DNA of 64,000 nt from Candidatus Bathyarchaeota archaeon (GCA_963833575.1 CAWHXY010000007.1:544001-608000); one strand, 5' to 3'. Counted from the stretch's first letter, positions 27,819 through 38,644 are shown. Made by a program: numbers and translations. Notes: generated by a model not told the origin, from the sequence alone.

Positions 27819-29186
27819 TTATTCTACGAGTTTGTGCTTGGCATCTTCAATGAGTTTTACGGTCTGCAGTCGCCATGACTCAAAGTTTTGCGGTGAGGTT
27901 GGGTATGTGTTGTAGTGTGCGCTGAGTCCTCGCATCATTGTAACGGTTAGGCGGAGTTTGTTGAGGAATCCTACGCGTCGTATGCCGCGGAACACGCGCT
28001 TTGCGGTTTCTGTGATGTTTAGGTGGAAGTCGTCGCCCATGCCTGCTTTGAGAACGTCATCTTCTGTCATGAGTTTTTCGTTCATGCCATAGTTGAGGTC
28101 TGCGTCGCTACAGGATAAGAGGAACATCTTGAAAATGTCAAGGGTTCCTTGTTTCTTTCCGTAAGTGTCGATGTATTTTTTGTTGTAGCCCCAAAGCGCC
28201 TCTTTTGTCGGTTCACCTTTGCTTAGGGCTTCAATGATTTGTTGCCCTGCAAGATGGCCACTGAGCATTGAAGGCCCAATGCCGCCGCCATGAATTGGAT
28301 TAACTAATGATGCGGCGTCACCAGTCAATACGACTCCATTTGATACCATGTTGTCTAATGGTCTTCGTACTGGATCAAACCATGAGCCACCAGTTAAAAC
28401 GACGGATCCTTCAAAGATTGGTTTCTTAAAGGCTGTCTCATAGAGTTGCAGCTTGGGGTTCGGATAGTTGGTGCGCATGCAAGTGCCTATGCCCACGTTG
28501 ACACGGGCACCTCCTTTGGGAAAAATCCAGATATAGCCGCCCGGTGAGGCTTTTTGGTTAAGATAAATTTCGCAGAAGCGGGTGTTTTCGGTTTCTTGTT
28601 TAAGTTGGCGAATTTCTCGGTAGCAAGCTTCAACATCTTCATTTGCTATGTCGCGATCTATGCCCATCTCAGCAGGCAGTTGTTTGCGTACCATGCCAAA
28701 GTAGCCAGTAGCGTCCACCACGACCTTACTTCGCATCTCTGCAACCTTGCCAGTTTTCATGTTCTTCGCAGTTATGCCAACTACAGAACCTTTCTCAATG
28801 ATGGGTGAACGAAAATTCATGTTATCTTGCAGAAATGCACCTGTGTCGGTTGCTTTCTTTAGCAGCCACTGCCCAAATAATCGCCTGTTTAACAGAAAAC
28901 CGACAAAGTCTTTGTCTGCTATGGTGAAGATAGTGTTTTCATCTGGAGAGTAGATTTTTATGCCATCAATTTTTGCTTCTAACTCGCCGCCTGTCGGTTT
29001 CTCCAACCCTAAAAATTTGAGGTGGTGTTCGCCTAAGGCGTCACCACAGATTTTTTCGCCGATTTCGTCACTTCTTTTCTTTTCGACGATACAAACTTTT
29101 AATCCTTTTTCAGACATGGTTTTTGCCGCTAAGCAACCTGCTGTTCCCGCGCCAACAACTATTACGTCGTATTTTTCCAAATTCAA
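27819..29186 (-). CDS. Digeranylgeranylglycerophospholipid (geranylgeranyl) reductase
   Basis: YDVIVVGAGTAG, KICGD, PGGYIWIFP, GDAA..VNPIHGGG. Confidence 0.92.
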   Translation of the reverse strand: MNLEKYDVIVVGAGTAGCLAAKTMSEKGLKVCIVEKKRSDEIGEKICGDALGEHHLKFLGLEKPTGGELEAKIDGIKIYSPDENTIFTIADKDFVGFLLNRRLFGQWLLKKATDTGAFLQDNMNFRSPIIEKGSVVGITAKNMKTGKVAEMRSKVVVDATGYFGMVRKQLPAEMGIDRDIANEDVEACYREIRQLKQETENTRFCEIYLNQKASPGGYIWIFPKGGARVNVGIGTCMRTNYPNPKLQLYETAFKKPIFEGSVVLTGGSWFDPVRRPLDNMVSNGVVLTGDAASLVNPIHGGGIGPSMLSGHLAGQQIIEALSKGEPTKEALWGYNKKYIDTYGKKQGTLDIFKMFLLSCSDADLNYGMNEKLMTEDDVLKAGMGDDFHLNITETAKRVFRGIRRVGFLNKLRLTVTMMRGLSAHYNTYPTSPQNFESWRLQTVKLIEDAKHKLVE

Positions 29187-29247
29187 TCCTCCAGTATGAT
29201 GTAATTTGTATACCTTGTTGTATAAGTAAACCCTTATAAATTATGAA

Positions 29248-29718
29248 GTGAGCCAAACTACACCGAGTGTATACCAAATGAGCGCCCCATTAACCTTGAG
29301 TGCCGAGTTCCGCAAAATCGTAGAGGGCAGAATGAACCAAGTTCTAAAAGGCGTAGAGCAAACATTCAACCAAATCATAGAAACCCAAAAGATAACGCCC
29401 ACCGAACTCAAAAAAGAACTCGATAGCCTGCAAGAAACCTTCAACCTCCTGTTCCAAAAATGGAGCCTAGAAATCCTCTACACTTTACTGCTTAAAGACG
29501 CCATCGGCTTTGGCCAAATAAAAAAAATCTTAACCGTCAACTCTCGCACTCTCTCAGACAAACTAAAAATGCTACAAAAACACGATTACATAACAAGGGA
29601 AGTAACGTCTGGACCGCCCCTGCGAGTGGAATATGGCCTTACTCCAAAAGGGAAAAACACTGTACTCCTAGCTTTGCCGCTTTTGTATTATTCCAGTTCA
29701 CCTGAAGTTATGGCTTAA
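29248..29718 (+). CDS. HxlR-family winged-helix regulator
   Basis: QKWSLEIL, RTLSDKLK, PLRVEYGLTPKG. Confidence 0.88.
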   Translation: MSQTTPSVYQMSAPLTLSAEFRKIVEGRMNQVLKGVEQTFNQIIETQKITPTELKKELDSLQETFNLLFQKWSLEILYTLLLKDAIGFGQIKKILTVNSRTLSDKLKMLQKHDYITREVTSGPPLRVEYGLTPKGKNTVLLALPLLYYSSSPEVMA

Positions 29719-30223
29719 TCAACTTGTTCTCATTTCTTTTTAGAGATTGCTGGAAGCTTGTTGTTTCTTTAACGGTTTCAAAAATCATACATGTCAGCGT
29801 CTTCTCTATTCCCTTAATTAACCGCAGCTTATCCACCACAAACTTGCCGACAGCATCAACGTTTTCGGCGCGAAGCTTCACAAGTAAGTCCCAATCCCCA
29901 GTAATTATGTGCACCTCCTGCACTTCGGGGAATCGTGCTATTTCTTCAGCAATAACTCTTTGAGAAACTGGCGCATCATCGGTTTTTGATCGATATGAGA
30001 CTGATGTTAAGATGAAGGCGGCTGTACCTAAATTTAGTTTTTCGGGAGCTAAAATTGCTCTGTACTGTTTTATTATTCCTATTTCTTCCATCCGTTTTGT
30101 TTTTGCGAAAACTGTGGTAATTGGAGAATTGATTTTTTTGGCGATTTGTTTGGCTGTGAGTTTGCTGTTTTCCTGTATTAGTTGGAGAATGGCTAGATCT
30201 TTTTCATCTAGTTTAATGCTCAT
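29708..30223 (-). CDS. Lrp/AsnC-family transcription regulator
   Basis: LDEKDLAIL..HTH; ITGDWDLLVK RAM domain. Confidence 0.92.
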   Translation of the reverse strand: MSIKLDEKDLAILQLIQENSKLTAKQIAKKINSPITTVFAKTKRMEEIGIIKQYRAILAPEKLNLGTAAFILTSVSYRSKTDDAPVSQRVIAEEIARFPEVQEVHIITGDWDLLVKLRAENVDAVGKFVVDKLRLIKGIEKTLTCMIFETVKETTSFQQSLKRNENKLIKP

Positions 30224-30224
30224 A

Positions 30225-30329
30225 TGTAAATATTACAAGTTTTAACTATAAAACCTTCTGTTTTTTGTAGTTTATCCATGTTTTATTATAAAAAATTTAT
30301 TATCTTCTTTGCACAGTGTAGTTCTAACA
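30225..30329. promoter_or_regulatory. Three 13-bp TGTA-N7-CA boxes in the Lrp / asparagine synthetase divergent promoter
   Basis: tgtaaatattaca (30225), tgtagtttatcca (30266), tgtagttctaaca (30317). Confidence 0.5.
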
Positions 30330-30350
30330 ATTAGGGTAAAGTGAACCAAA

Positions 30351-31316
30351 TTGAAACAAGAATTAATTGAAACTCCAAAACCATTAGATCAACTCACACC
30401 CAGCGAGTTAGAAAGGAAAGCCTGTATAGGCAAAATTATGACTTACACTTTAAAAAGTCTCACGAACACGTTTGTTAATCAGGGTTTTCAATGGCTACTT
30501 CCAGTTGCATTAAGCCAAAGCACTGATCCTCTTTGGCCCGATCCAGGCGCATCCATAGAGAAAAGAATCGAAGTAGACATTTACGGCAAACCAGTACGCA
30601 CCACTGCAAGCATGATAATACACAAACTCGTTGCTTCCTCTACAGCATACCCGAAACTTTTCATACTTTCACCCAACATACGCATTGAAAAAGCAGAGCG
30701 CGCCAAAACAGGCAAACATATTTACGAATTTACTCAACTTGATTTCGAAGCACGAGATGCTACTTCAAAAGACGTTATGACCTTGGTCGAATATGCCCTC
30801 TGTATTCTTGTTAATGATTTGAAACGTGAAATGAAAAGTGAATTAACTACACTTTGCCACTTTGACATACTTAAAGCGCCTAAAGCACCGTTCAAAGTTT
30901 ATGATCGCGTTGAACTTGAAGCCAAGTATGGTGCTGATGGGTGGGAAGCAGGTATAGCCAAAGACATAACGGAACCTGTTTGGGTTATGAACATTCCTCG
31001 AGAATTCTACGATTATGAAGACTTCAAAACGGGCAAATGGGACAACTATGACTTATTCCTGCCACAGTTCGGTGAAGTACTTTCAGGCGCCAAACGTGAA
31101 TGGGAATACAGTAAAATTTCAAAGAAAATTGAGCGCGACCAAGTCAAAAAAGAAAACTATACTCTGATACTTAAGATGGCTAAGGAAGGACGATTGAAAT
31201 CTACTGCTGGCGGAGGAATTGGTATGGAACGTTTAGTAGGTTGGATTACGGGTGTTGAACATATTGGCGAGTGCCAACCTTTTCCAAGAGTCCCTGGCAT
31301 TGTAAATGAACTCTGA
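30351..31316 (+). CDS. Archaeal asparagine synthetase A (AsnRS-like, no anticodon domain)
   Basis: TDPLWPDP, SMIIHK, SPNIRIE, EFTQLDFE, GEVLSG, GGGIGMERL. Confidence 0.9.
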   Translation: MKQELIETPKPLDQLTPSELERKACIGKIMTYTLKSLTNTFVNQGFQWLLPVALSQSTDPLWPDPGASIEKRIEVDIYGKPVRTTASMIIHKLVASSTAYPKLFILSPNIRIEKAERAKTGKHIYEFTQLDFEARDATSKDVMTLVEYALCILVNDLKREMKSELTTLCHFDILKAPKAPFKVYDRVELEAKYGADGWEAGIAKDITEPVWVMNIPREFYDYEDFKTGKWDNYDLFLPQFGEVLSGAKREWEYSKISKKIERDQVKKENYTLILKMAKEGRLKSTAGGGIGMERLVGWITGVEHIGECQPFPRVPGIVNEL

Positions 31317-31447
31317 GAATGTGTAAAGAAACGGGATTGTGATTAATACAATCCGTAACTTTTCTTTGTCTTGCACAAAGTTTTTAATTTACTTATGCAA
31401 AACAATGAGGGGAAAGCATAAACTGCTGAAAAATATCGAAGTTTACG

Positions 31448-33364
31448 GTGAAAGAAATGACAACAACCCTGATTATGAATCCTTATCTTGAGGCACTTCA
31501 ACCAAAACTGAGCACTTCAGATTTTAAGAGACTAAGTGCTATAAATAATCCTATTGTTCATGAGTTCATAGCTAAAGAAAATGATCTTTGTCATCCAAAG
31601 GATATTTTTATTTGCAGTGACTCAGCTGAAGACATTACTTACGTCCGAAAGCAAGCAATTGCCTCAGGTGAAGAACAAGCAATCTTAACCCTGCAAGGAC
31701 ACACCGTACATTTCGATGGTGAACATGACCAAGGACGAGACCGTCAAGCCACTAAGTACCTTGTACCAAAAGGAGTTACTTTAAGCAAAGCCCTCAACCA
31801 AATAGATCGGCAAGAAGGTTTAGCTGAAGTCACAGGTGTACTTCGAAATTCCATGCAAGGAAAAACAATGATTGTCCGCTTCGTCTCTCTGGGTCCGCAA
31901 GATTCAATTTTCACCATTTTAGGATTACAATGCACAGATTCGTGGTACGTAGCGCATTCGGAAAGCCTCCTTTACCGACCAGGGTACGAACAATTCATAA
32001 AAGCAGGCACAAAAAGCGACTTTCTGCGCGTTTTACACTCAGCTGGAAAGGTAAATGGCGACATGGTAAGCGCAGACTACGACAAAAAATGCATTTACAT
32101 TGACCAAATGGACAACACAATTTACAGCGTAAATACTCAATATGCTGGAAATTCTGTCGGTTTCAAAAAATTAGCCTTCCGCTTGGCCATCAGAAAAGCA
32201 AGCAGCGAAGGATGGCTAGCCGAACACATGCTCTTAATGGGGGTCTTCGGGCCAAACGGGCGCAAAACATATTTTGCAGGAGCATTTCCAAGCGCTTGCG
32301 GAAAAACCTCAACCGCAATGCTTCCAGGCGAAAAAATACTTGGAGACGACATTGCTTACTTGAGAGATGTAGATTCTGCGGCACGTGCCGTTAACGTTGA
32401 ATCAGGTATATTTGGCATCATACAAGATGTAAACGCCAAAGATGACGCGTTAATTTACAAATTGCTTACAAGCCCAGGGGAGATAATATTCTCAAACGTG
32501 TTGGTTAAAGATGGCAAGCCGTACTGGCTTGGTATGGGCGAAGAACTTCCCAAAGACGGATGCAACTACACCGGCGCATGGTATGAAGGCAAAAAAGATG
32601 AAAATGGCAACGATGTTTCACCTGCGAACAAGAACGCACGATACACTTTAGCGCTTAAAGCATTAGAGAACTGCGACCCTGAGCTTCATAATCCCTTAGG
32701 AGTCGAAGTAGGCGGCATAATGTACGGTGGACGAGACGCCAAAGCTTACGTTCCCGTTCAGCAAAGCTTCAGTTGGGAACACGGTATCATAGCTTACGGT
32801 GCGTCACTTGAAACTGAAACTACTTTCGCCACTGTCGGCAAAGAAGGTGTCCCCGAAATTAACATGATGAGCATTCAAGACTTCATTTCGATTCCAATGG
32901 GCAAAAACGTCAATAATAACCTAGAATTCGGTCGAAAACTCAAAAAGCGACCAGTAATCTTTGGAGTGAACTATTTCTTAAAAGAGCTAGGAAACGGAAA
33001 ATATCTAAACGGAGTTCAGGATAAGCATGTCTGGATTAAATGGATGGAGCTAAGAGTTCACAACGAAGTTGATGCTTTAACAACACCAACAGGTTACATT
33101 CCGAAATATGAGGATTTACGCAAGCTATTCAAACAGGTACTAGGCAAGAACTATGCTAAGGAAGATTACGTTAAGCAATTCACCATCCGCGTCCCAGAAA
33201 ACCTTGCAAAGATTGAACGAGTTTCACGGTTCTACCAAGAAAACGTTACTGATACACCATTAGAGCTATTCGGTCTTCTATTTCTACAACGTCAACGATT
33301 AATGGAAGCTAAAGAAAAATACGGCGAATACATCTCACCAGAAAGCTTTGAAAAAAGAGAATGA
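31448..33364 (+). CDS. pckG: Phosphoenolpyruvate carboxykinase (GTP)
   Basis: YAGNSVGFKK, WLAEHM, AFPSACGKTS, GDDIAY, YGGRD. Confidence 0.95.
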   Translation: MKEMTTTLIMNPYLEALQPKLSTSDFKRLSAINNPIVHEFIAKENDLCHPKDIFICSDSAEDITYVRKQAIASGEEQAILTLQGHTVHFDGEHDQGRDRQATKYLVPKGVTLSKALNQIDRQEGLAEVTGVLRNSMQGKTMIVRFVSLGPQDSIFTILGLQCTDSWYVAHSESLLYRPGYEQFIKAGTKSDFLRVLHSAGKVNGDMVSADYDKKCIYIDQMDNTIYSVNTQYAGNSVGFKKLAFRLAIRKASSEGWLAEHMLLMGVFGPNGRKTYFAGAFPSACGKTSTAMLPGEKILGDDIAYLRDVDSAARAVNVESGIFGIIQDVNAKDDALIYKLLTSPGEIIFSNVLVKDGKPYWLGMGEELPKDGCNYTGAWYEGKKDENGNDVSPANKNARYTLALKALENCDPELHNPLGVEVGGIMYGGRDAKAYVPVQQSFSWEHGIIAYGASLETETTFATVGKEGVPEINMMSIQDFISIPMGKNVNNNLEFGRKLKKRPVIFGVNYFLKELGNGKYLNGVQDKHVWIKWMELRVHNEVDALTTPTGYIPKYEDLRKLFKQVLGKNYAKEDYVKQFTIRVPENLAKIERVSRFYQENVTDTPLELFGLLFLQRQRLMEAKEKYGEYISPESFEKRE

Positions 33365-33518
33365 GCAACCCCCATGTTTCCAAAACATCTATTTTCACAC
33401 CTTTCTTGCGTCAAACTTTTAAATGGATCAAATATACTGACTTGTAATTCATAACCGTTAATTAACAAAAAGAAATAATAAAAAAATCAAGAAAACAAAA
33501 ATAATGAAGTGAAGGAAA

Positions 33519-33761
33519 ATGATGATGAAAAAACTCGACAACAACGATTCCGAATACACAGTAGATCTTATCGCCATTGAAGGTGACGGCTCCTTCCCCT
33601 GCCCAAAATGCGGAATGTCAATCTCACCCGAAGACGAATCCGAAACAAACTACAAAATCGTAGATACCAAAGTTGTCAATGATGAACTAGCTGAACTAGT
33701 CATCAGTTGTGGCAAATGCGGAAGCACCTTAAAACTTACTGGTTTCGCCCAAAATCTTTAA
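33519..33761 (+). CDS. Small zinc-finger protein
   Basis: FPCPKCG..SPED..CGKCG. Confidence 0.75.
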   Translation: MMMKKLDNNDSEYTVDLIAIEGDGSFPCPKCGMSISPEDESETNYKIVDTKVVNDELAELVISCGKCGSTLKLTGFAQNL

Positions 33762-33867
33762 CGTTAAGGTTCAGAGTTTGCGGCAAAACTAGCTTACTCT
33801 ACACGATTTTTTGTTTTTAGCTAAATACTTTTATTTGATCTTTTCATCTTTACTCAAATTGATTTGA

Positions 33868-34482
33868 ATGATAATTGAATCTTTCACCGTTGGTATGTTA
33901 TCAACAAACTGTTATGTTGTCAACTCAGAGCAGACCAAAGAAGCCATTATTATCGATCCAGGCTTGGAGTTTGCTCCCGAAGCCCAACAAATTTTCAATT
34001 ACATAGCTGAAGGCAATTTAAAAGTAGAGTTGATTCTTAACACTCACGGTCACGATGACCACATAAGCGGTGACATCATTTTTCAGAAAAAATATGACGT
34101 CCCCATATACATTCACAAATATGACGCCCCATCCATTGAGAAATTGGAAAACGACAAATTCCCTGCACCTGTACTGCTGGAAGAAGGTAGCCAAATTAAA
34201 TTCGGAGATGAAGCCCTCACAGTTATGCACACGCCTGGACATACACTCGGAAGTATATGCCTTATCGGAGAAAAGCTCGCCTTCACAGGCGACACATTGT
34301 TCGCTAGGGGGATCGGAAGAACAGATTTCCCGGGAGGCTCAATGAGTGAAATGCGTCATTCTCTAGAAAAACTGGTACGTTTGCCTGATTATTTCTTAAT
34401 TTACCCTGGTCATGGCTCTTCGTCTATTATTGGTGAAGAAAAAAGGAGTAATCCCTTCTTAGTTGATGGCGGCAGCTTTTGA
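33868..34482 (+). CDS. MBL-fold metallo-hydrolase (glyoxalase II-like)
   Basis: THGHDDHI, HTPGHT, TGDTLF, GRTDF, PGHG. Confidence 0.92.
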   Translation: MIIESFTVGMLSTNCYVVNSEQTKEAIIIDPGLEFAPEAQQIFNYIAEGNLKVELILNTHGHDDHISGDIIFQKKYDVPIYIHKYDAPSIEKLENDKFPAPVLLEEGSQIKFGDEALTVMHTPGHTLGSICLIGEKLAFTGDTLFARGIGRTDFPGGSMSEMRHSLEKLVRLPDYFLIYPGHGSSSIIGEEKRSNPFLVDGGSF

Positions 34483-34483
34483 T

Positions 34484-35479
34484 TTAGGTGTTGATTGCTT
34501 GGTTGCTGCTTAGTTCTTGTAGAGCACGTAAACGTTTGATTATGTTTGGATGTGTTGAGAAGATTTCAACGAATTTTTCGCCTTGTGTTGGTTGCTTTGC
34601 AAGGGTATCTCGGAGTAGGTCTTGTTTGCTTCTGATGTTTGCGTTATGAAGGTCTGCGGCGTCGGCGCTTGCTCTGTTGGTGTCTGTTATGAATAGTGCT
34701 CTGAAGGAGCTTTGGTTTTTCTGGTCTTGTTTCTTTTGTTGGCCGCCACGTTTGCTTTCTGCTACAATTGTTACTAAGCCAGTGGAGAGTTTTTCTGCTC
34801 CGTTTTCAACCACTGAAACGCTATGCCTATCCGCATAATACTCTCGCAATCGGCTCAAGTATAGTGTAAATAGAGTTAGTACCCAAGAGAAAGCCATGAA
34901 TGCTATACCTATCAAAGCGTTGTTGCCTCCGCTGTTTTTCTTGCTGCCACCGCCGCCGAACATTCCTGACAACATCATTGAATAGCCAATATAGTAGAAC
35001 AGGGCGGGTAAGAAAGAGGCTACCATCATTACTTGAACGTCATGGTGCTTTATATGACCAAGTTCATGTCCCAACACAGCTTCAACTTCGCCGCCGTCAA
35101 GAGAATCCAAAAGCCCCTGGGTGACAGCGACGCGGGTACCCGATAAGGGTGAGCCGTAAGCGAAGGCGTTTGGAAGCGGAATGTTCGCTAACATGAGTTT
35201 TGGTATGGATATGCCACTTTTCCTGCTTATGTCATTGACCATTTGGTGCAGTTCTGGCTTCTCATCCTGCTTAAGTTCTTTAACTTTGTAAATCCAGCCA
35301 ATAAGATATGGTGCCAGTAACCACTGACCTACGTTGAGAACTACCACGAGAATGCCTATGTCTATTAAAGTGAAACCTATTCCAGCCACAGTTAAGATGA
35401 CTGCGAATACTAGTGTAGATAAACCAAATATGATGGCTAATGTTCCAGCCATAGAAATACGAAGTTTCCAAGCGTTCAT
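34484..35479 (-). CDS. htpX: Zinc metalloprotease HtpX
   Basis: PNAFA, HELGH, SRLREYYAD, FSTHP; probable start ATG 35479. Confidence 0.92.
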   Translation of the reverse strand: MNAWKLRISMAGTLAIIFGLSTLVFAVILTVAGIGFTLIDIGILVVVLNVGQWLLAPYLIGWIYKVKELKQDEKPELHQMVNDISRKSGISIPKLMLANIPLPNAFAYGSPLSGTRVAVTQGLLDSLDGGEVEAVLGHELGHIKHHDVQVMMVASFLPALFYYIGYSMMLSGMFGGGGSKKNSGGNNALIGIAFMAFSWVLTLFTLYLSRLREYYADRHSVSVVENGAEKLSTGLVTIVAESKRGGQQKKQDQKNQSSFRALFITDTNRASADAADLHNANIRSKQDLLRDTLAKQPTQGEKFVEIFSTHPNIIKRLRALQELSSNQAINT

Positions 35480-35660
35480 GCATCGGTCACTTTTAATCCT
35501 CAATGACTTTCATGGGCGCTTATAACTTTTATGCGCTAGTAATAAACTAATTGCCTTAAGTTCACAATAGCTGTTTCCCAAATCAATAGTCTCTTTTTCC
35601 ATTGTGGTTGAGTAAACTGCACAGCTGATTCTTAGGAACAGACTTTTTATTGCTGGCTGG

Positions 35661-36656
35661 TTACCTTTGCGTTTGCTTCTTCAGCCAATCATAAATTGCG
35701 CCGGCAGCTTCCTCATCAAGTTCTGCATCAGCCGCGTTATAATGTAAAGATACATATTGAGCATTGAGTGCTTCCCGAGGTGTCACTTCATGTTTTAGAA
35801 CGTGATTAGCATTTTCTGGATAAACAAATGACACCACAGTTTTTTGCGCGGTTGCGTTTTCCAATATTTTTCCGTCTATTTTCCAGTCAACTTGGATGTC
35901 TTTTTTGCCGATTGCAAGTAGAATGGGCTCATTTACTTTGGCAATGTATTCTGAGAGTCTGTATGTCCATAATTCTCTAGAAAATGGCAAGTTGGCTGGG
36001 GTCTCTAAGCTGCGAAGCAGCATTTTTATGCCTTCGGGAAGAGACGCATCCATTGTCACGGGTTTATTGGCTAAAAAATCAGCGATGGCGTCATCGTAAG
36101 GTTTCATAATTACTTCGGCATTGGATAGGTGCTTGATTTGGTCGAAGATTTGGCTGCGAGCTAATTCACCAACCGCTCTGCCAGGTACTCCAGTCAGCAC
36201 CAAGCCTTTGAGGCGGTTACTCGACGCTTTTAGCTGATAGTTTACTGCGTGTATTGCGCCTTCACTGTTGGTTAGCGCAAAAAGATTTTCTTTGTTGACG
36301 TTTTTTTCTGCGATAATTGTTTCAACTGCGCCACTTAGTTCTTCTATGTGGCTTTGCATGCTAATTTTGCCAATAAGTTTGGGAATGTTTTCTCTAACAT
36401 GTGGTCCAGAGGCAACTTTATCGTAGCGCAATGTAACAAAGCCTTGAGCTGCGAGAGCTTCAGCCAACAATTTTGCGCTGCCATTTGTTCCCGGCAAAAG
36501 AGGCGAGCACCAGTTTCGATCCGTCGGACCGCTACCTGCTACAAAGACAACCGCTGAATGGACTTCTTTGTCTGCTGGCGCCGTAACGGTTCCATAAATA
36601 TCAATATCAGAAAGTTTCCAAGTCACTTCTTTATCTGTTATAATTTCAGGTCCCAC
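35661..36656 (-). CDS. Alpha/beta-fold hydrolase
   Basis: AGSGPTDRN, LRYDK, TNSEG nucleophile elbow, KDIQV, NANHVLK. Confidence 0.85.
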   Translation of the reverse strand: MGPEIITDKEVTWKLSDIDIYGTVTAPADKEVHSAVVFVAGSGPTDRNWCSPLLPGTNGSAKLLAEALAAQGFVTLRYDKVASGPHVRENIPKLIGKISMQSHIEELSGAVETIIAEKNVNKENLFALTNSEGAIHAVNYQLKASSNRLKGLVLTGVPGRAVGELARSQIFDQIKHLSNAEVIMKPYDDAIADFLANKPVTMDASLPEGIKMLLRSLETPANLPFSRELWTYRLSEYIAKVNEPILLAIGKKDIQVDWKIDGKILENATAQKTVVSFVYPENANHVLKHEVTPREALNAQYVSLHYNAADAELDEEAAGAIYDWLKKQTQR

Positions 36657-36801
36657 TTAGTATTCCTCGTCTCTCTCTAATTTGTAACTCAAATTTTTCA
36701 ATGCAATCGCTTGATATAAGGTAGTAGAAACCACTTTCACATCTTGAAAGTACTCAGCGTGTCTAGTTGCAAAAACTGGAAGAAGCGACTGATCTTAAAG
36801 G

Positions 36802-36829
36802 CTGTTCTTCTTGTGGAACAGTGCGTTCC
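36802..36829. promoter_or_regulatory. TGTTC-N7-GGAACA-N4-GTTCC motif, copy 1
   Basis: ctgttcttcttgtggaacagtgcgttcc upstream of a surface-protein gene; same spacing as 42641-42668. Confidence 0.5.
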
Positions 36830-36883
36830 GTGGGGAGAGTAATATTCCGCTTACATGTTAGACATTAAAATAATGATGAGCGG

Positions 36884-37807
36884 GTGGTAATGGATTTGAA
36901 AAACATGAACATGAAAGTGGTTTTTGTAGTGTTAGCCCTCTCTGTGTTGTTTGTTGCCTCTTTGGAGAGCGTTCATTTTGTTAAGGCAGGTTCAACTGGT
37001 TCCATGGGATTTTCTGGCGGAGTTATCCTAAACAGTCCAGTAAACACAACATACGACTATATTCCAATTTTAAGCCTTGATTTCGCCGACGGGGGATTAC
37101 ACTGTACATTAAATTACAGTATAGACGGAATCAACGAAGGCGTAATACCGTTTGTCTATGTGGGCTCCGAAGAGACTATTTTCATCGCCAACATGAGTGG
37201 AACAGCGCAATTGCCTCAGTTATCCGTGGGTACGCATAGTTTAACCATTACCCAAGAAGCCAATCTGAACGGCTACGGTGGCGCAAACCATCCTGGGGCA
37301 CCTTTCAAAGAGACTAGCCCCGGGAGCGGCGACTACTTTGCCGTATGGGTTGATACTGTCTACTTCATCATAACATCAAATAACGTCAGAATGACTCCGC
37401 CGCCTGCGTCCGCACTATTAGACACTTGGCCTCTAAAAATAACGAATCTTTCAGTGGCAAACAAAACCTACCCCTCAGATAATGTTCCGTTGAACTTTAC
37501 TATTAATGGGAACACCGCTCAAATCACTTACAGTTTAGATGAACAAGCCAACGTCACCATCCCAGGAAATACAACGCTGACCGGATTATCAGTCGGAGAC
37601 CACAACGTAACAGTTTACGCTTGGGATATTGCTTCTGGAAACACTGGAGCCAGCCAAACAGCCAACTTTAACGTAGCTCACATGATATCAGCAGTAGTTC
37701 AGCCGACACAACCTTTTCCGATCACAACAGTTCTAGCTGCTTTAGCGGCGTTTGCAGTTGGGGTTGTCCTTACTTTTCTCTTTTTCTTCAGAAAAGATAA
37801 GCGTTGA
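36884..37807 (+). CDS. Membrane-anchored surface protein with two Ig-like domains
   Basis: Signal peptide; two YS(I/L)D..LSVGxHx(L/V)T repeats; C-terminal TM + RKDKR. Confidence 0.8.
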   Translation: MVMDLKNMNMKVVFVVLALSVLFVASLESVHFVKAGSTGSMGFSGGVILNSPVNTTYDYIPILSLDFADGGLHCTLNYSIDGINEGVIPFVYVGSEETIFIANMSGTAQLPQLSVGTHSLTITQEANLNGYGGANHPGAPFKETSPGSGDYFAVWVDTVYFIITSNNVRMTPPPASALLDTWPLKITNLSVANKTYPSDNVPLNFTINGNTAQITYSLDEQANVTIPGNTTLTGLSVGDHNVTVYAWDIASGNTGASQTANFNVAHMISAVVQPTQPFPITTVLAALAAFAVGVVLTFLFFFRKDKR

Positions 37808-37834
37808 AAGACTTATTTAAGGACCAAATATTAA

Positions 37835-38644
37835 TCATGTCGCAACGGCAACCAAAATAAGTCTACTAGCTTTAGGGCTAAAGCTGCGTTCGTCGTAATC
37901 ACCAAAAACTTGGTTAACTGCAAAGCCAACGTTTCTCAACAGCTCTTGCAAATGCTTCATTTCATATAAACGTACACTGTGGCTGAAAACTCTGATTTGT
38001 CCATCTTCCTTGTCGCGGATTACCCACAAATCATGAAGTTGTTTACCATCGGCGTCAACAGTTCGCTTTTGTAGCAAGAGAAAGCTTGGGTATTCTTTCC
38101 ACTTAAAGAATTGAAAGAGTATCCTCTTGGCAAAGCGATTTGGTTTCAATAAAGTCGGCAAAAGAATCCATTTTAAATTCGTAAGCCGATTTGTTTTGTA
38201 CTTTAGGATTAGGCGTTCGCGGTTAAAGACATCAATATTAAATACGCCGCCATGGTTGAGCGTTTCCCTTAATTCGTTTAGGCTTTGGCTGTCATCTACT
38301 TCTGAGGGCAGGTATCCAAAACTCGTATCCATGCTAATTGCAGCCGAAAACGATGCAGGCTTGAATGGTAAAAACCGCATATCACCTCTAACCAGTTGAG
38401 CTTCACTCCATCGGCTTTTAGCTATCTTGAGAAGATTCGAAGATATGTCTAAACCGACAACATCGAAGCCCTCTTTGCTTAGACGAATCAAGTGTCTTCC
38501 AGTACCGCAGGCTAGGTCCAAAATCAACCCTGTTGTCTGGAAAGTTTTTTTTGCGAATTGTACTTGATTTTCTATTTGACCTTTGTCGGCTATCTCTGTC
38601 CAGTACTTACCCATTTTATCAAAAACATACATTACAAGTTTCAA
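37835..38644 (-). CDS. Class I SAM-dependent methyltransferase
   Basis: ILDLACGTGRH, GLDIS, GDMRFLP, TSFGY. Confidence 0.9.
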   Translation of the reverse strand: MKLVMYVFDKMGKYWTEIADKGQIENQVQFAKKTFQTTGLILDLACGTGRHLIRLSKEGFDVVGLDISSNLLKIAKSRWSEAQLVRGDMRFLPFKPASFSAAISMDTSFGYLPSEVDDSQSLNELRETLNHGGVFNIDVFNRERLILKYKTNRLTNLKWILLPTLLKPNRFAKRILFQFFKWKEYPSFLLLQKRTVDADGKQLHDLWVIRDKEDGQIRVFSHSVRLYEMKHLQELLRNVGFAVNQVFGDYDERSFSPKASRLILVAVAT

